Assembly (NCBI GenBank): GCA_001949185.1
Contig: BDGG01000004.1
Span: forward strand, 2,505,620-2,569,619
From: Ramazzottius varieornatus
Taxonomy: Eukaryota > Animalia > Tardigrada
Length of the DNA: 64,000 nucleotides
Direction of reading: 5' to 3'
Shown one piece after another: positions 22,456 to 37,800 of this stretch. Every line of letters starts with the position of its first letter. Positions within the stretch are counted from its first letter, which is position 1. The notes under the pieces were generated by a model. The model did not search any database. It was not told the origin of the DNA and saw only the letters and a list, made by a program, of their open reading frames with translations. The translations under genes were made by a program, and so were the position numbers.

Positions 22456-25400
22456 ATGGCACCTCAAGAAAGCGCGACGATGGCAGAGCAAGTACTGCAG
22501 GCTCTGAATCTGTTCCACAATACTACGGATGAAGACACTCGGAAGACTGCAGAAAGGTTCCTTGAAGACTTTGAATCTACAGTAAGTTGTGTTGGGCCAC
22601 CTGTCTACCGCTTACAGATTAGTATTGGGAAGTTTGAGAATAGTTTTCTTGAACGTTTTCGCTCCTAGGATGCTGCATGGGAAGTGTGCCATCTTCTACT
22701 CGAGAACAGCGTCGATCTGAAGTGTAAACATTTCGCTGCTCGGACATTCAAATCCAAGGTGGGTTATCCTGGTTATGTTGCTACTGCTCCTGAAAGAGCC
22801 TTTTGCGTTTATTTGCCAAAGTTGGTTGTCGGAAATAGCGTCTTAGGTCGTTTCATTTAGATGCTTGCTCGGGTATGTCGGAACTAGGCATCCTGTTGCA
22901 GGTTCTGAAATCCTTCGCCGACATGAGCGATGCTGATCAACTTGGGCTGAGGGATATGGTTTTCCATCATGTAAATCGGGTCAATGGGAAGGACGAACGC
23001 GCGGTGATGGTGGCGGTACGTTGGCTGTGTTGCTTGCATTACTTACTTCCGGTTGCATGTACCGGTTACTTCCGGTTGCTGAATTTCGACATTCAACCTT
23101 TGCGGTTATTTTTCTGTAGCTGTGTGTCGCGCTTGCGGACATTGCTCTGCAGATGCCGTCTTGGAACGATGCAGTGAGCGATGTGATAGCAAGGTTAGTC
23201 TATGAAATAACAGGTACAGTTCTCTAGAGACCAGCATGTTCCTGCTGAACCGTGGAGCTGTGGCTATGCAGCATTGTTCTCTGCTTTACAGGTACGGCGA
23301 AAATTCCAGCTATACCCCGATTCTTCTCGAATTACTTACCGTAATTCCAGAGGAGGTGAGAGGTGAACGTTCGAATTGAAAAAGACGAACAAGTTTCGAA
23401 TATGAATTTGCAGATGACGGATGAGAAGCTCAAGCTCTCTGCGTCCCGGAGAAAGTATCTGCAGGAACGTCTGAAACAGAACGGAGCAAGGATCGTAGCT
23501 CTGTTGGTAAGTGAGCTCCGTCGTCAGTACACAGTCCTAACCTTTAAAATGTAATATGTATACGACTGTGATAAAACTGATGTAGAATGGTATGATTAAC
23601 CGGCCGGATGCCTCCAAAGATGCCGACTTTATGGCCAAAATCTACGATTGCCTCGGTATATGGGCGGATGAAGGAGCTCTGACCGTTTATAATGCACTTC
23701 ATACTCCACTGCTGCAAAATCTCTTCCTTTACCTGGTAGGCTAATTATGCTTCATTCTGGATGTTTCAAAGTTTGTGTATCTTTGCTATCAGTTATCGCT
23801 TCGTTTCAGAGTGACATCAATACACCCGTGGTTCTTCATGAAAGCTGTGCCAGATGCTTGTCGGCATCCATGCAGGACTTTGTCGTAGGTTCTTAAAGAA
23901 AGGAAGATTTTGACAGCAGTAATAATTTACTCGTTCCATTTCTTCTCAGAAAGAGGCCAGCAGTTCAAAAAGCAAGCTCAAGGAGCTGGTGGAATCCACG
24001 CTAAGATTTGAAGAGCATTACTGTATTACGCTCCAGAAAGAGGATGTCGAACGGTTAGTTGCGGTACTGCGCAGCAGAGCTCCTGTACATTTGCATTCTT
24101 TACTTTTCTGACAGGTGCAAAAACTACGTGCGGGTTTTCGCCGAGCTTGCCGAATGCTTGGTGAAGGAAAACGAGGAGCGCGGTACGGATATTTTTGAGT
24201 TTCCTCGCCTTCTGGATCTTCTACTCGTGTGCTGCAATCATCCCGAACATGAGGTTCGAAACCGTTTGACAAATCATCGCTACTATCACGCTGAAGTCCT
24301 CTTGGCGCCGGCATGCTTGATTTTTTACAGGTCGTTGAAATGGTGATAGACGTGTGGCCTATAATGTACGAGTCGACAACCGGCAGGGGAAAGAAGAATC
24401 GCAACGGAGAGGTGTTGAAAGACTGTTTTCTCAAGCTTTTGCTTGCCTTATGGAAGAGCTGCCGGCCAGATCCAGACGGTGTAAATCTCTTACCGGGTTT
24501 TTTCCATGAACAGCGCCAGTATAGTGAGATGTTCGCGTATCTTAGGACTGGATAGCAGAAAAAGACGACGAGTTTCAGGATTATCGAAAACACGTGGCTG
24601 AGATTGTTTTTGAAATATGTCCCGGCATCGGATATAGAGAGTCCTGGGAAGCGGTGAGTATCCCGTTTTCTTCAGCTTAAATCTTCGACAGCTTTCGGAT
24701 TGTATTTGTGGTTACTCCGTATTTCTCCTCTTCCTGGTTTTTCAGCTCGTACGGTTGATGTCTGCTAACCAGAATCAATGGGATGCCGTCGAGTCCTCAT
24801 TATTCCTCATGTCATCGGTGGCTAGTCAGATGGCGCAGTAAGTACCACCGTATGCCCAAACTACCGGTGTGTTATCGTTCGAATAAAGAAGAGGCTTACA
24901 ATGTTCTTACTTTCGCAGCGAGGATAGTTCGTTAGTGTCACCCATTATTGGCGCGCTGACTTCTATGCCCACAATCCCCAAAGTGGGCTTTCAACATACC
25001 ATCCTCAACTTCTTCGGGTATCTGGCACCCTGGTTCGAGCGCAACAACGAATACACAGGTACACCTCAGCAAAATTATGTGGAGACAACATACAATTAGA
25101 AAATTTATCTGCAGAAACAAAGCTTGAATATACAGTTTGACTAGAATATGAACTTAGTTTTTGGGCCTATGTAGATAAGGTCCTGACCATAATCGTCAAC
25201 TCGCTGCCTGTCCAAAAGCTGAGCGACCCGGCCACCTGGGCTTTGCAAGAAATGAGCTTCCATTGCCGGTCCCACATGGTCAAATACTTTCACGAGATCA
25301 TGTCCTTGCTGGGACGACTGGAACGTCAAGGGCTGACCGAAGACGAGATGGCCTCGATATCGAATGCTGCTGTGAACATCCTGAACGACATGCCTCAACA

Positions 25401-26878
25401 GTCCCAGCTGCAGTGCCTAAAAGAAATCTGTGATATCGTCAGGACGCCTCTCCGTGACATCACCACGTCTGCTCGCAATGGCCAGATTTCCAAGAGCGAC
25501 ACTGCCCGTCTGATCATATGGATCAACCATCTGGCGGAAGTTTTCAAGCATCTAGATGTAAAATCCCACAAGGACATCATTGTCGAGCTCGTACACACGG
25601 TCAGATTCATTTGCCGGTCTTCTGAAAACTTTTTCTTTGTGCTGACACTGGTGTGTCATGTGCAGTTATGGCCGCTTCTGGCAGACGTGGCGCAGCTTTT
25701 CCTCCGGGATCAAGATGTGATGGAGAAGGTGATTCGGGCACTGAGGTACATGGTGCGCTTCCTTGGGAAAGAGTCTGGAGTTTCCGTCCTACCCGTGTTT
25801 GCCAAGTTTACCGATCTGTACACGAGCGCACCGCAGTCGAGTATGCTGTACCTTGCCAGTGTTCTGGTTGACGAATTCGGAGAACTTCCGGATATGCGGG
25901 AAGGATTCGCCAGCATGCTAGAGGTAAATGATAGCTTACTTCCGTTCAAACTTTAAAGTAGCGTACATTAGACTTACCATACTAATGTTTGCAGTCACTG
26001 AGTCCGGCCACCTTCAACCTTCTGAATTCCGAGAATGCCGTGCGTCAGAATCCAGACATCGTGGCAGATTATTTCCGGACGTGTAAGAGGTGAGTTAACC
26101 GATAAAATCGTTCCCATGGTGGTTTACCTATTGCTACCTTTCTCTGTTCTCTAGGCTTGCGGAGAAAGCGTTCATAGTTCTCGTTCTTCATCCGAGACTA
26201 CAGGACATAATGAGGTTCAGCCTACTATGTAGCGAGTCCACAAGCCAAGAAGCTAACCATGCCGTCTTTGCATTCTGGGAGTCTTTGTTGCAGGCTGGTC
26301 GCAATGTAAGTACGAGTAAACTTTGATGGTTCTCCGAGAAATGTTTTGTACGGACTGTATATGTAAGATCAACCTCATCTCTACATAGTGCATTCGAGGG
26401 ACGAACCCGGACGACAACAGGGGTCAGCCGGTGATGAGGGAGTTGTTACGCATTTTCGCATCGGAGATGGAGAGCAAGGCGCTTTTAGGAGTCTATCTGA
26501 ACATTACCACAGCTATCGACGCTGTCCACGTGATGGATCCCATCTCGGGTTTCGAGCAGGAAGGGCTGGTACGTTTGACCATTATTAAGCGTGCATCATG
26601 GATCATGAAGGTGCTGTTCTCTCCGCTAGACGCCACCCGGAATGTTGGACTATGCCTTGCGGTCTGTTCCCGCGCCTCGGACAAATGATGGCAAGATGCC
26701 GTTGATGGAAAGCCATCTGAGCACATTCCGAGAAGTCATGGCGTGAGTGCAATAAAGCTACAAAGACGTCACCTGGTCTTTTGAATGATAATTATTGTGG
26801 CTGTTTTTCTCCAGGAAACGTGGCAGCGAAGATTCGAAAATTGCTGCCTTGTCAACCTTTATTAACGTTTATCGGTAG
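22456..26878 (+). CDS. TNPO3: Transportin-SR / transportin-3, importin-beta family HEAT-repeat karyopherin
   Basis: Spliced translation: EQVLQALNLFH..RKTAERFLEDFES-DAAWEVC..HFAARTFKSK; LCVALADIALQMPSW; LLELLTVIPEE; CNHPEHEVVEM; SSMLYLASVLVDEFG; NPDIVADYFR; ends FINVYR*, compare TNPO3 FTRLFR. More than 20 short introns. Confidence 0.85.
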
Positions 26879-27339
26879 TTCTTTTGATAAGCTGTGATAC
26901 TTGGATTATGTTACGTTGCGCTAAATTACATTATGCTGTATTTTCGAAACTGAATCGCGCGCTGCTGAGTGATTAATTTACGCTTTTGGTTCTTGTTTCT
27001 TCACCGGAAGTAGATTACGAGTTTTATTTATAGTCTTTACAAATCATTCTTACGTTTCAGCTTTTGATGAGATATTTGTCGTTGTGATTTTCATCGAGTG
27101 TGATCGACATGTTTTTCAACATTTGACCAACCTAAGGCAGCAGTAGAAATCCAGAAAATTACCCAATAAAACAATTGAGCAGTTTGTTCGCAGACCGGAG
27201 TGGCCATGCGTCAAATAAAGAGACAAGCACTATATGCTTTACAAAAGAACAACTATGTGCTACTAAAATGTAAAACGTAGACGAAATCTGTCGGTCCGGT
27301 ACGGCGAAAATACTTAGGAACAAAAATGGCTCTTTCTGA

Positions 27340-30300
27340 TTAGTATGGCCTGCTACTTTCCCGATTCCGCTTCAGTTGAACTTTCAAACGTTTCATCCCA
27401 ATCTGGAAACCATTCATCGCCGAGATGGCCTGTTGCGCTGAAGCCGGCTGCGAATAGCTCACAAAACCTACACGAAACATTCTATTAACATTCATCCACT
27501 TCTTTGCTGTCATTCCCGGAGCTAAACACCGAGAGTTGATCAAGTTCGTACCGAAACATTTGCTGAGGCCAGTCTGCTTATCTATGAAGACTTTTGCCGA
27601 GATCAAGTTTCCGAAGGAGGCGAAGAGCTGAATCAACTCGGAGTCCGTGTATTCAGCGGGCAGGTGGTAGATGAACAAGTTGCAACCTTCAGGACCTGAA
27701 AATTGAAAGACGTCTGTCTGAAGAGCGACGATGACCCCTGAACAAGGAAAAAACCGTAGAAATATTTTGAGAAAATTACCTTCACTTTGCTTGTTCACGG
27801 GCGATACAGAGTTGCCGGACGTACTCAAGGCTGCAAGGAGCAAAAGAACTGTAAGGGTTTTCCAGGTACAAAGCGGAAGTGACCGAGCACTCACCTTGCA
27901 ATAGGGAAAGTTGAGCAAGGTTTCGTGAATCGTAGGGACTGGATGGCATGGCTCCGGAATAGGAGTTGTTTGACAAGGAAGACAAGGGGCTCCCGTAGAA
28001 CGCAGAAGCCATGGCGTTCTGACCGCTGGAACCTATGAGCATTCGCCGGTTACGCGGCCATCTTCGAAACCAAAGGCTGTTTGAAGATCTTTTTTTACCT
28101 TCCAGCAACCGCTGGACCATCTGTTGCTGCTGTTGGCTTTGTAATGCCTCATGGAAGCTCAGGGTCCCCAGATTACTGTTCGAGCCATACAGCCCGTTTC
28201 CCGAATTGGTGGTCGTAAAGTTGGACAACGAGGAAGCACCGTTGGAAAGCCCTATAATAAAACGACTGTTTCAAGCTCAATTCAGGTGAGCCGGATTGAG
28301 TTGCCCGGCACTGTTTGTAATCACTGTATGTCTTACCGCCGTTATGTGCGTTGCCCCCGCTAATGTTGAGTAGTCCCGAATTAAGACCAGAAGACGCAAG
28401 TTGGGAAAGACCGCTCAGGTTAAACCCAGCTAAACCTGGAACAAGCTCCAGTTCAATCAGTGTAGGTCATAGGACAGTGACAACGGGATTAAAAAGAAAT
28501 CACGTGAGAACCCCAAAGACCGTAGTCTGCCATTGCCAGTCACCATACCTGCTTGCTGTGCCGCCAGGAGCGTTGCCAGATTAAAGGTTCCTGTTGACTG
28601 CAATAGCTGAAAGAAAACGAGACGGAGGATAAACCAACCCACGTAAGTCATAAGGTATAGTGTAGGCAAATAAGGTACTCTAAGAGGGGGCAAGGCCAAA
28701 ATCGACGTGACGCAGAAAAAAAACAGCTGATCAAGCTGCAATCCAGAGACGTGAACTGCCGCTTGATCTGCTGATTACTTCGAGCCGGAGTTTCTACGTC
28801 ACTTGTCGAAAACTCGACTTTGGCCCTCCTCCTTTTAGAGTAACTTAATTGCCCACACTGTATCTGATCTCGAAGCTCACGTTGCCAAAGCCAAGCTGTC
28901 CCAGTTGCCCCAATCCAGCCAGCCCAAGAGCCGCCGAGCCCATCGGAAGTGCTTGTCGCTTACTGTCTTTGTCTTTGGTTGTGTCAGCCATCTTGACGAC
29001 GAGGGGTGATGTGCAACCCTAGAATATCAAGATAAAACGCTGAACTTTATCTTGTGCCATAGTTCGCGCAGGCAGAAGCCGATCCTCGGAAGAGATCCGC
29101 CATGCATGATCATGGACGTCATCACGGAGAAAAACAGTACTTGGATAGACTCTGACAGTGTATTTGTGCAAACTCAAGTTAGAACAAAGAGGGAAGGAGA
29201 ACTGAATTAAGTGAAAAGTCCAATGATAGAAAGTGTGGAACATACTTCCGAAGTCATCGAGTGGTGAAGAACCCGGATGGCATTTAATGCACTGGAACGG
29301 GAAGAAAGCGTGACGAAACAACAGCCTGTGAGGACAAAAATAACAGCGTACTCAACACCACACATTTACATGGCACGGAGAAGAAACATTCTTCTTTACG
29401 CAGGAACTTCCAATGTTAAATCAAAAACGGGGTCACAAGAAAACGCTTAACGATCTCACCAAAACGAGTACACAACTAACCTCTGCTGGAACCACTCGAG
29501 TCGCGCAGAATGGTGCATTCTTCAATTGGTCCGTACGGCGCGAACATTCGCCGGATGTCATCTTCTGTGGCTGATCGACTAATCATACCACAGAAGAGCT
29601 TTCTTTCCGTTCTGTTTTCCGTATCTGCAGGCTTCATCTGGATTGGATTGTGCATCTGTAATGACATAAATTGCTGAGGCGGAAACTGGGTTTATTCTCG
29701 GAGAATGCGATGGACTTACACCTGGGAGTGTCCGGATATTGTGAAGGGCATTTTGAGCGTCTAACGCGGACTTTCTTTTGTAGAATGTCACAAAGCAACA
29801 CCCTGCAACATAAACAAAAAAATTCATGAAGCACAACGGATTTCCAGTACCCTAAATTGCGGACGTCGATGTGTCATGCTTGGTCTTATAACCAGCTTTC
29901 TACATGACTGCACCTAAAAAAGATCTAATTATTAACAGTAACCTTGTCGATTCACCGACGAACCAGAACTACCGCGGGTTCTTTGTGCTGGAAGTTTACT
30001 CGCAATGGGACGACGCCAGGAGCTTATGAGGGTGCGAGCTGTCACCATCTACGTCAACACCCAACCGCCTCCAGATCAACGTATATATAATAAAGAAACC
30101 GATATAGGTGAGACCACGTATACGCAACTGTTCTCCCTTTCCCTTCAAGAAAGTACGAAAGAAAAGAAGATTTATATAGGATAATTACTGTTTTCTCTGG
30201 GTTTTTTTTCCAGACGTTCAGACCGTTTTCTTTCACCTTTTATCCAGCGGACAAAATCAATCTAGGGAACAGCATGATGCTGATTCGAGAAGAGTACTTT

Positions 30301-31415
30301 AGAGTAGCCAAGCGCATACTTGAAATGCCTATCGTGAAACTCGTGTAAGGACCTAATATCATTATGCAAGATGCATGAATGCGCTGGCGGCTTTCTGGCC
30401 GACTGGGTTCGTTGAAAATGATTGACTGGTCCTTGTAATAACACTGGCAGCCGCTAGCGAAGAGAAACTGTCCTGGTCTTTGAATAGGGATGGAAGCCGT
30501 ATAAGTATGGTCTTTCAATAAAATGACGGTCGATTGTGAAAAAGTGAAACCCCAATTAACCTTTCGCAGTCGGTCTATTGTCGAGTTACTCACCAGATTG
30601 TGCGGCTGTAAGAAAAGCCTCGGCCGGAAATGCAAGAAGGCGTTGCTAGCTTGGTGTGACTTTCCTATTCAGGCGCTGAAAATGGTAATTTGCGACACGA
30701 CTGAATCTCGGTAATCTGGGAAGGGGGTGACATATAGAACACCCTAGTCAAAGAACCCAGCAGGAGTTCCTCGGGATCGGTTTGGCGATAGCCAACCATC
30801 ATCACCCTATCACGCACCGAGCGTTTGCGTCATTCAATCTGCATTCTGCAGTGAAGTCCTTCCACTCAATAAACCATTTTGAGTGCAAGAACCAACTGAT
30901 ACCACTGACACAAGCAGATGAAAATACCATACTGGCGGAGGCTTTTTGGCGCCGACAACGAGCAATGGCTCTTCTCATTGTCAGTCCAACAAAACGCCTT
31001 GTCCATCAAAAGACTCGCTGACAGATGAACATCCGAAAGAAATGATTCTTGCGTTTACATAAACCAAGTCTGGAGCCCCCTACATGGAGTTATGGATTGT
31101 TTTTGCGGAAAAAGCTCTTACCTTTTCCTGCGCCGGTCAGCTTGTCCTTCAGGATGTTGATGGCGTAGATGTCGCCGAATTCCTCAAAGATCTGTCGAAC
31201 ATCGTCTTCTGAGAAATTGCGAGGTATCTGGCCTGCGAACACGGACACTGATTCGATTACAATGTCATGACGGACATTTTGCGAAGGCGAACGTTTCACT
31301 TACCTACGAACATCTTGATGTGATCTTGGTCGGGAGCTTTGCCATTTTGTTCGGTACCGCCATGGCCTTCTTCCTTTGCCGGCTGCTCGTGGCCGCCGTT
31401 AACCACCATTCCCAT
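27340..31415 (-). CDS. CELF1: CELF1/2-type (Bruno/ETR-1) three-RRM RNA-binding protein
   Basis: RRM1: [57 protein letters not shown]2: [10 protein letters not shown]. Gln/Gly/Ser-rich linker. RRM3: [52 protein letters not shown]. Confidence 0.95.
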
Positions 31416-34400
31416 ATTTTCACTGATCCTCGTCGCTAACAAGGAGCCCCTTCCGAACGTCAGCTCCGTCTAAATTGCGTCAGAAGTATCTGCAACACAA
31501 ATAAGGTTACTTATTGCGATGCCAGTAACATCGGCACTTGCAAAAATTTGCGACCAGAGGTCTTCATCCACATAACTTCCTTCCACACGTGCGCGTACCG
31601 AGAATTCTCCTACTGAGTCGACCACAAGTCACGGAGAACCCCACCACTTCGACAAGGCGTCATACAGTACAATGCTGAAAAACCAGAAGTTATATATAAG
31701 CAGGAGCGATGTTAACTGAGAGCTCGAGGCGGAGGAGTGGCGTGAAAATATATCAGCGCCATGTCAAGGCGTAATGAAAAGATTTTCAATCATCAATCCA
31801 CAAATTAGCTTCACAGATGAACCTTGAGAAGCTCCCGCAAAGTCCAACTGTTCACATGTCACCTAATTTAAGCTCATCCCGTCCGACAAATTCGCTCTTC
31901 GGATTCTGACGCTTTCTCCTTGCGAGACTCGCTACGTGCGTACATTCAGACTTTTCGAACCAGGAAGGAACCCAATCACCGTATGCGGCGCAGTTGAATG
32001 TGCCTCAACGCCGGATTACAATCTACATGGAGCTAATCCCTCACGCATATTTGATCTCGGCAAGGCGTTTCCGGTGCATCCTCCAGACTCGCTTCTCATT
32101 TCCGGTTGCCAGTGATTGATTAATCCACGGTTTCTTCCATCCCAAACATGTCACCAACCTATTCCACCATATAGAACGCTCGTCGCTTTAGTCAAACAAA
32201 CTCTTTTCCTGACAGAAAGGACTTCCTTTCATCTTTTCACTGGTCCTTGGTTGCCTATAGCTATTTTGCACGGAAAGTCAAAAAAACTATCTTACTTACA
32301 CGAAGCTAAATTCCAGACAATATTCTTAGTAATACGCATGATCCAATTTGAAACCCCTTCCATGTCATATTTTCGCAACCTAGATTGAATTACTCTTCAA
32401 ATAACATAATATGTACGTATGCGATATTGAGTATTGCAAGAACTAGTAAAAGAATTATTAAATTAGAATAATTTAGCAGTAAGACATATTGTCAGACAAA
32501 GGCTACGGAATCCGGCGAACTATCAGCGGTTCAGCTGGTCTATCTGGTAATACAGAGGACTGAATTTCGCGTCGGCATGCAGAGTATTTGGAGGTTGTAA
32601 AAACACTAACGCACATAATAACTTTGCACTTGTGAAGCCGAATGAGAACAACCCTTCTCACATTACGGCTTCAACAAACAGTAGGCGACACCACATGGGA
32701 ACGCCGAGCTGACGTCTAACTCCCATCGGTATCAATTCCGCTCCTGTCCGCATAAGTTCCTCCACAAACACGCTTCTCCCAGTTTCCCAAAGACCTAATA
32801 TAGATATACGGGAAGCTGCGAACGCCGCAAAGAGAGCGTGATACCCCTGTGGTTTGATCCCATACACGCAAAATTTCCCACTGCTCTAAGGTTTCCATTA
32901 AATCTTCCCCTCTCATTCTAACGTAGAACGGTTACCCATTTCGCCACGTAAAAACAGAAGGCTATAATTTTCAAAATGAACAGCCGAAGCTAACGTACCG
33001 AGTTTGCAAGGGCCTTTGAATGATTCTGGGAACAAAAAGGGAAATAATGATCCCGCTGGAAGCATGGAGCACTTCACGCAAAGTTTACTAGAAGTCGGAA
33101 GGTTTGCTGAAAGGGGAATTTTCTGATTGATGTGAAACATGAGGAATGTGACATTCTAGACGAGCGAGCAGAGAGCCATGAACTGATATGGATTTGTGGC
33201 TGATGATAACGTCAGGGTGTCGAAAGTTCTTATCGGCAGCTCTCAGTGTAAATTATCTCCAAAGTTCATAGGGCAGGCGCGCGTACGGATTTGGCGTCAA
33301 CGCTAACCGGAGCCGCGCAAACATAAATGGGCCGAGCTATTCTTCTACATAAACAAGTCGAAAATATCCCTCTCGTAGGAGTCACACTGTCCTCTATACT
33401 GAACTTCTCAAGCTTGAAGCCTGGAAAAGAAAAGCGGAATTCTGCACCAAATCCACCAGGATGTATGAAGAACTCTGCTGGACGGTAATTAATCTGCGGT
33501 CGCGGACAAGTTTAATCGACCTTCAACAGAAACTCAACTGTCACCTTTCCACGCGAATTTTAAGGAAGTAAAGATGTTACACCAGCTGAGCGCCAAATAC
33601 TCCTCGCACCGACGGCACTTGCTTTCAAATTCAAGTACACCGGCATGCCGCAGAAGGCAACGCAGTGTCGCGGCATATGCGGCTTCGGTGAGGGCCTGAA
33701 TCGATCGGTTTGAAAAGCAATTGACACCACCGGATATTCCTGGATCAGCACCTTAACGAGCCAACATACATACACAGACCAGACCACTTTCTGGAGCATT
33801 CCGTCAGCCAGCAGCCAGCTGCGCCATGTCCTCCGAGAACAACTGGAGAAAGACGCAAGCGTGCAAAGTCTGTCCAAGGCAGCGACCAGCCAAGTTCTCC
33901 AAAGTCATCCAAATAAGCGATGCCGAGCTTGAGAAACTCTGAGGACGAACCTGACTGCGGAAATTCGCAGAAGTCTAGAACTAAACTAAACTGGTGCAGT
34001 ACAACCTAAATTTGGGTTAACGATCAGCAAAAAAACAGTACACCGCCATACCATCGCGAAAAGCCAGGAGGCCCAAACCCAAACCCAGTTCGCCATCAAG
34101 AACAAATACCGTGAGATGAACACGAACACCTTCAATGGGATACTTCGCGTACTCACCGATGTTTGAAGTGAAAGCTGCATCGGGATTCTCAGCCGTCCAT
34201 ATCGCAACAGATTGGTCCGTGGATCCGGAAAAGCTAGTGTCCTAATCCAGTCTGCTCATCAAGCGAAACTCACTAACGGATCAACGATGTGGCTCGCTCC
34301 ACAAAACTTTCCGTTGTTGCTGCAAGCTGCGGATAACAAGGTGTAGTAAAATGGGAAAGTAAACAAGAAGTCCCGCGCTGATCTCCTTTGAGCAAACACT

Positions 34401-34853
34401 CTGGAATGTTGACATACTCGGCAATCGATATGTGAAGTGATATGGAATATTACGTTACTAAGCTTACAGAAGCCGGGCTGGCCAGCCAGAAACTTAGGGG
34501 AGTCGGGCCGGTTCGCGCTTAGAGCTGACGCAAAGCCGGGCTTTGAGAGAGAGCGACCAATCACGAGTTGTAAACATATCGGCATGAATGTACCGAAAGG
34601 AAACGTAGAATGGCTTGTCAAACTGCAATACCGACGGCGAAATTTGGCAGGTTGATAGACATCAGTCTCCCGGTACATCCACACAAGCGTGAGCTCGCGT
34701 CCACGTCAACGATATCAGCAAACAGCTGGCAGTTTTCTTTCGCTATCATACGTCGTTTTTGGATCAAGATTCCTCTTCCGGCTTCGCGGTCCTGCCTTTG
34801 CAGTCTTCTAGCAATTCATCTTCACGTTTCAGGAGGAGAAAATCGTGTTCAGT

Positions 34854-37800
34854 ATGGTCAGCATGGAGGAACAAGCATCACAGCAGCAGGCTGCGAAAAA
34901 GCAGACAGGAGTCGTGAAGCAGGTAAGAAAAATGACCCGTCAATCGCGATGATCTTATTCCTTGAGGTCCAGTTGGCCGCACTTAGGTTACGTCGGGAGA
35001 TACCGTGGTGATACGTGGTATACCACGAGGAGGACCACCACCCGAAATCGTCTTGTGTTTCTCGAATGTCTTTGCTCCAAAGCTGGCTAGGAAAGGACAA
35101 GCGGAGGAATCTGACGACGAGGTACGCAGAGACTGATCAGCTTGCTTGTTTCGCTTGCTAAGCGTGGTTCTATGTTAGCAAACTATTCGTGGTTGTATGG
35201 TTGTTTCTGTGTAGCCTTATGCATGGGAAGCACGCGAATACCTGCGCAAAAAAGTAATCGGCAAGGAAGTGCAGTTTGTTCTGGAAAACGAGATCCCAGG
35301 CAGTACTCGCAAATATGGAAGAATTTGGCTTGTTCAAGGTACGATTTGGCATTGCCTTCGGAATTACAATGCAGTTGGGGTTCCCAGCAGTAGACCTGTC
35401 TTTGAAAATGGTCCAAGACAAGCTATATACACATACTCAGCGAGATACTAGAACGTTGCGTGTTCATTCAAGATTGATATCTTGGCTTTCGTAGACGGAA
35501 ATGCGACAGAGAACGTCGTAGAAAGCTTGATATCCGAGGGTCTTGTCCAAGTGAAGAAAGGAGGTGGAGCGCGAGACACGGAGCAACTCAAAGCACTGCA
35601 AGGGCTCGAAGAACAGGCGAAATCTTCTGGAAAAGGACAATGGGCAGGCGATAATGACCACCACATCCGGGAACTCCAGGTTCTCTCCACTCCCGACGAT
35701 CTAGTCCGATTCTATCACAAGAATAAATCAGCTCCTGTCAAAGGTAATTCGCTCCCTACAGTGTGAACTACTCGAGGCTGGTAGTAATATTTACGTTCGT
35801 TAAAATAAACTCTTCGTGCTTTTCCAGCAATTGTCGAGTATGTAAGAGATTGCTGCACGCTCAAAGTCACCATTCTTCCCGAGTTTCAGTCCGTTTTTCT
35901 TCAGATGACGGGCATAAGAGCTGTAAGTATGCAGCGGGAGTCTCTTTTGGTGCACGGGAGCTGTTTTGAGCATCACTGTCTGTTTTCCAGGGTCCGCCAT
36001 CGACACGAGAAAATCCCAGGGAGAATCCCTTCGACGCTGAAAGCAGGTTTGAAATTGCCTTGCACATCATGACGTTTTAACTTTCGCTCGTTTGACTCAC
36101 GGAATTGTTTACAGGTTCTATGTGGAAAGCCGGCTCTTGAACAGAGACATCGAAATCATCCTGGAGGACCAACCGATGAACATGGCCCTCGTTGGCACCG
36201 TTGTTCATCCTGTGAGTTCTTCCTGTCCGGTTCGCCATTGTACAATTCTGTCGTATAAAACGCGCTTTTTGCTTCCAGGCCGGTTCCATTGCCGAAGCCC
36301 TCGTGAAGCAAGGTTTCGCTCGATGCATCGACCAGTCCATCCAAAAGTATACTTCTGGGTTTGAGAAGCTTCGTGCTGCTGAACGGTTGGTATTTCATGA
36401 GTATTTCATAAGTCTGGCCAACACCGAGTACGGATATTTCAGTGCATGCTTTTGTATGTTACAGTGAGGCGAAAGCCAACAAGCAACGCATCTGGAAAGA
36501 ATACGAGTCGCCTGTGAGCAACGTCCGCGAGGACGAAAGACGGTTTACCGGAAAAGTATGTTTTATGAGTCTTAGAAATCATTTTCATAAACTTCTGAAA
36601 AGAGATTATTGCGTTTTTGTCAGGTAATAGAAATCAACAGCGCCGACTCCATTACTATCAAGACGTCGTCCGGAGAAGTAAAGAAAATCTTCCTCTCGGG
36701 AATTCGACCACCCAAGTAGGTTTTCCCAAAATCATTGCAAAGTACTATTCGTGTTCTGGCTATTCGTAATCTTGATGCTTAAGATATCCATGCTGCTGGT
36801 TAACTCATGAATACCGCTCACAGGGTTGCCGGTGAAGGAGACTCCTCGAGTCGTCCGGCAGCAGCCGGAAAATTCAAGCCTTTGTACGACATTCCATACA
36901 TGTACGAAGCTCGCGAATTTCTCCGGAAGAAAATACTCGGGCAAAAGGTATTTGGTTCTTGTCAAAGTGCTCATAATTGACGCTTGTTCACTTTTTGTGG
37001 TCTTATAGGTTGATGTTACGCTGGACTATAAGCAAGAAGCGCGTGTGGACCAAGCCCAGAGGTTTCCAGAGCGGTTGTGCTGCACAGTCATGCTGGGCGA
37101 TATGAACGTGGCTGAGGCGTTGCTTAATCGAGGACTGGTGTCCATCGTTTACTATAAAGTGGGGGACGAACAACGACCAGCGGCCTATGACAACTTGCTG
37201 ATGGCCGGAAACAAGGCAAAGGAAGAACGCAAGGGTATGCATGGCGAGAAAACCGTGACGCCGATGCGAGTCTCTGAAGTGGCTGTAAGTACCGCACCGA
37301 GAGAAGCATATCGCAGCGTCTTTCGATTTTCCCATTCTTGTATTGTTCCTCCAGGATGCTAATAAAGCCAAGGCTTTCCTGTCAGAATTTAAACGTGGCA
37401 AACTGGATGCTATCGTCGAGTATGTTGGCAGTGGCTCAAGATACCGAATCTACGTCCCGAAGAACTCTATCGTGATTAGCGTCGTCCTAGCCGGTTAGTT
37501 GTTTCGCTTTGTAGGTCCTCGTTCCAGTTTTTAAGATGGCATCCTTTTGTTTCAGGGGTTTCTAGCCCGAAAGCTTCGCGTATGGGTCCAAACGGCCAGA
37601 TTCTTCCAGCGGATGAGGGTGGTGAGGCGGCCCTGAACTTCGCAAAAGAACTCGTTGCTCAACGTGACGTATGTTCATGGCTGATTACTTTCGAGATACC
37701 GTTCGGGGCAAGTTTTCAACAGTCTTCTTATGTTGTAGGTCAAAGTCGAAATCGAGAATATGGACAAGGTTGGCAACTTCATCGGCTGGGTGTTTGTCGA

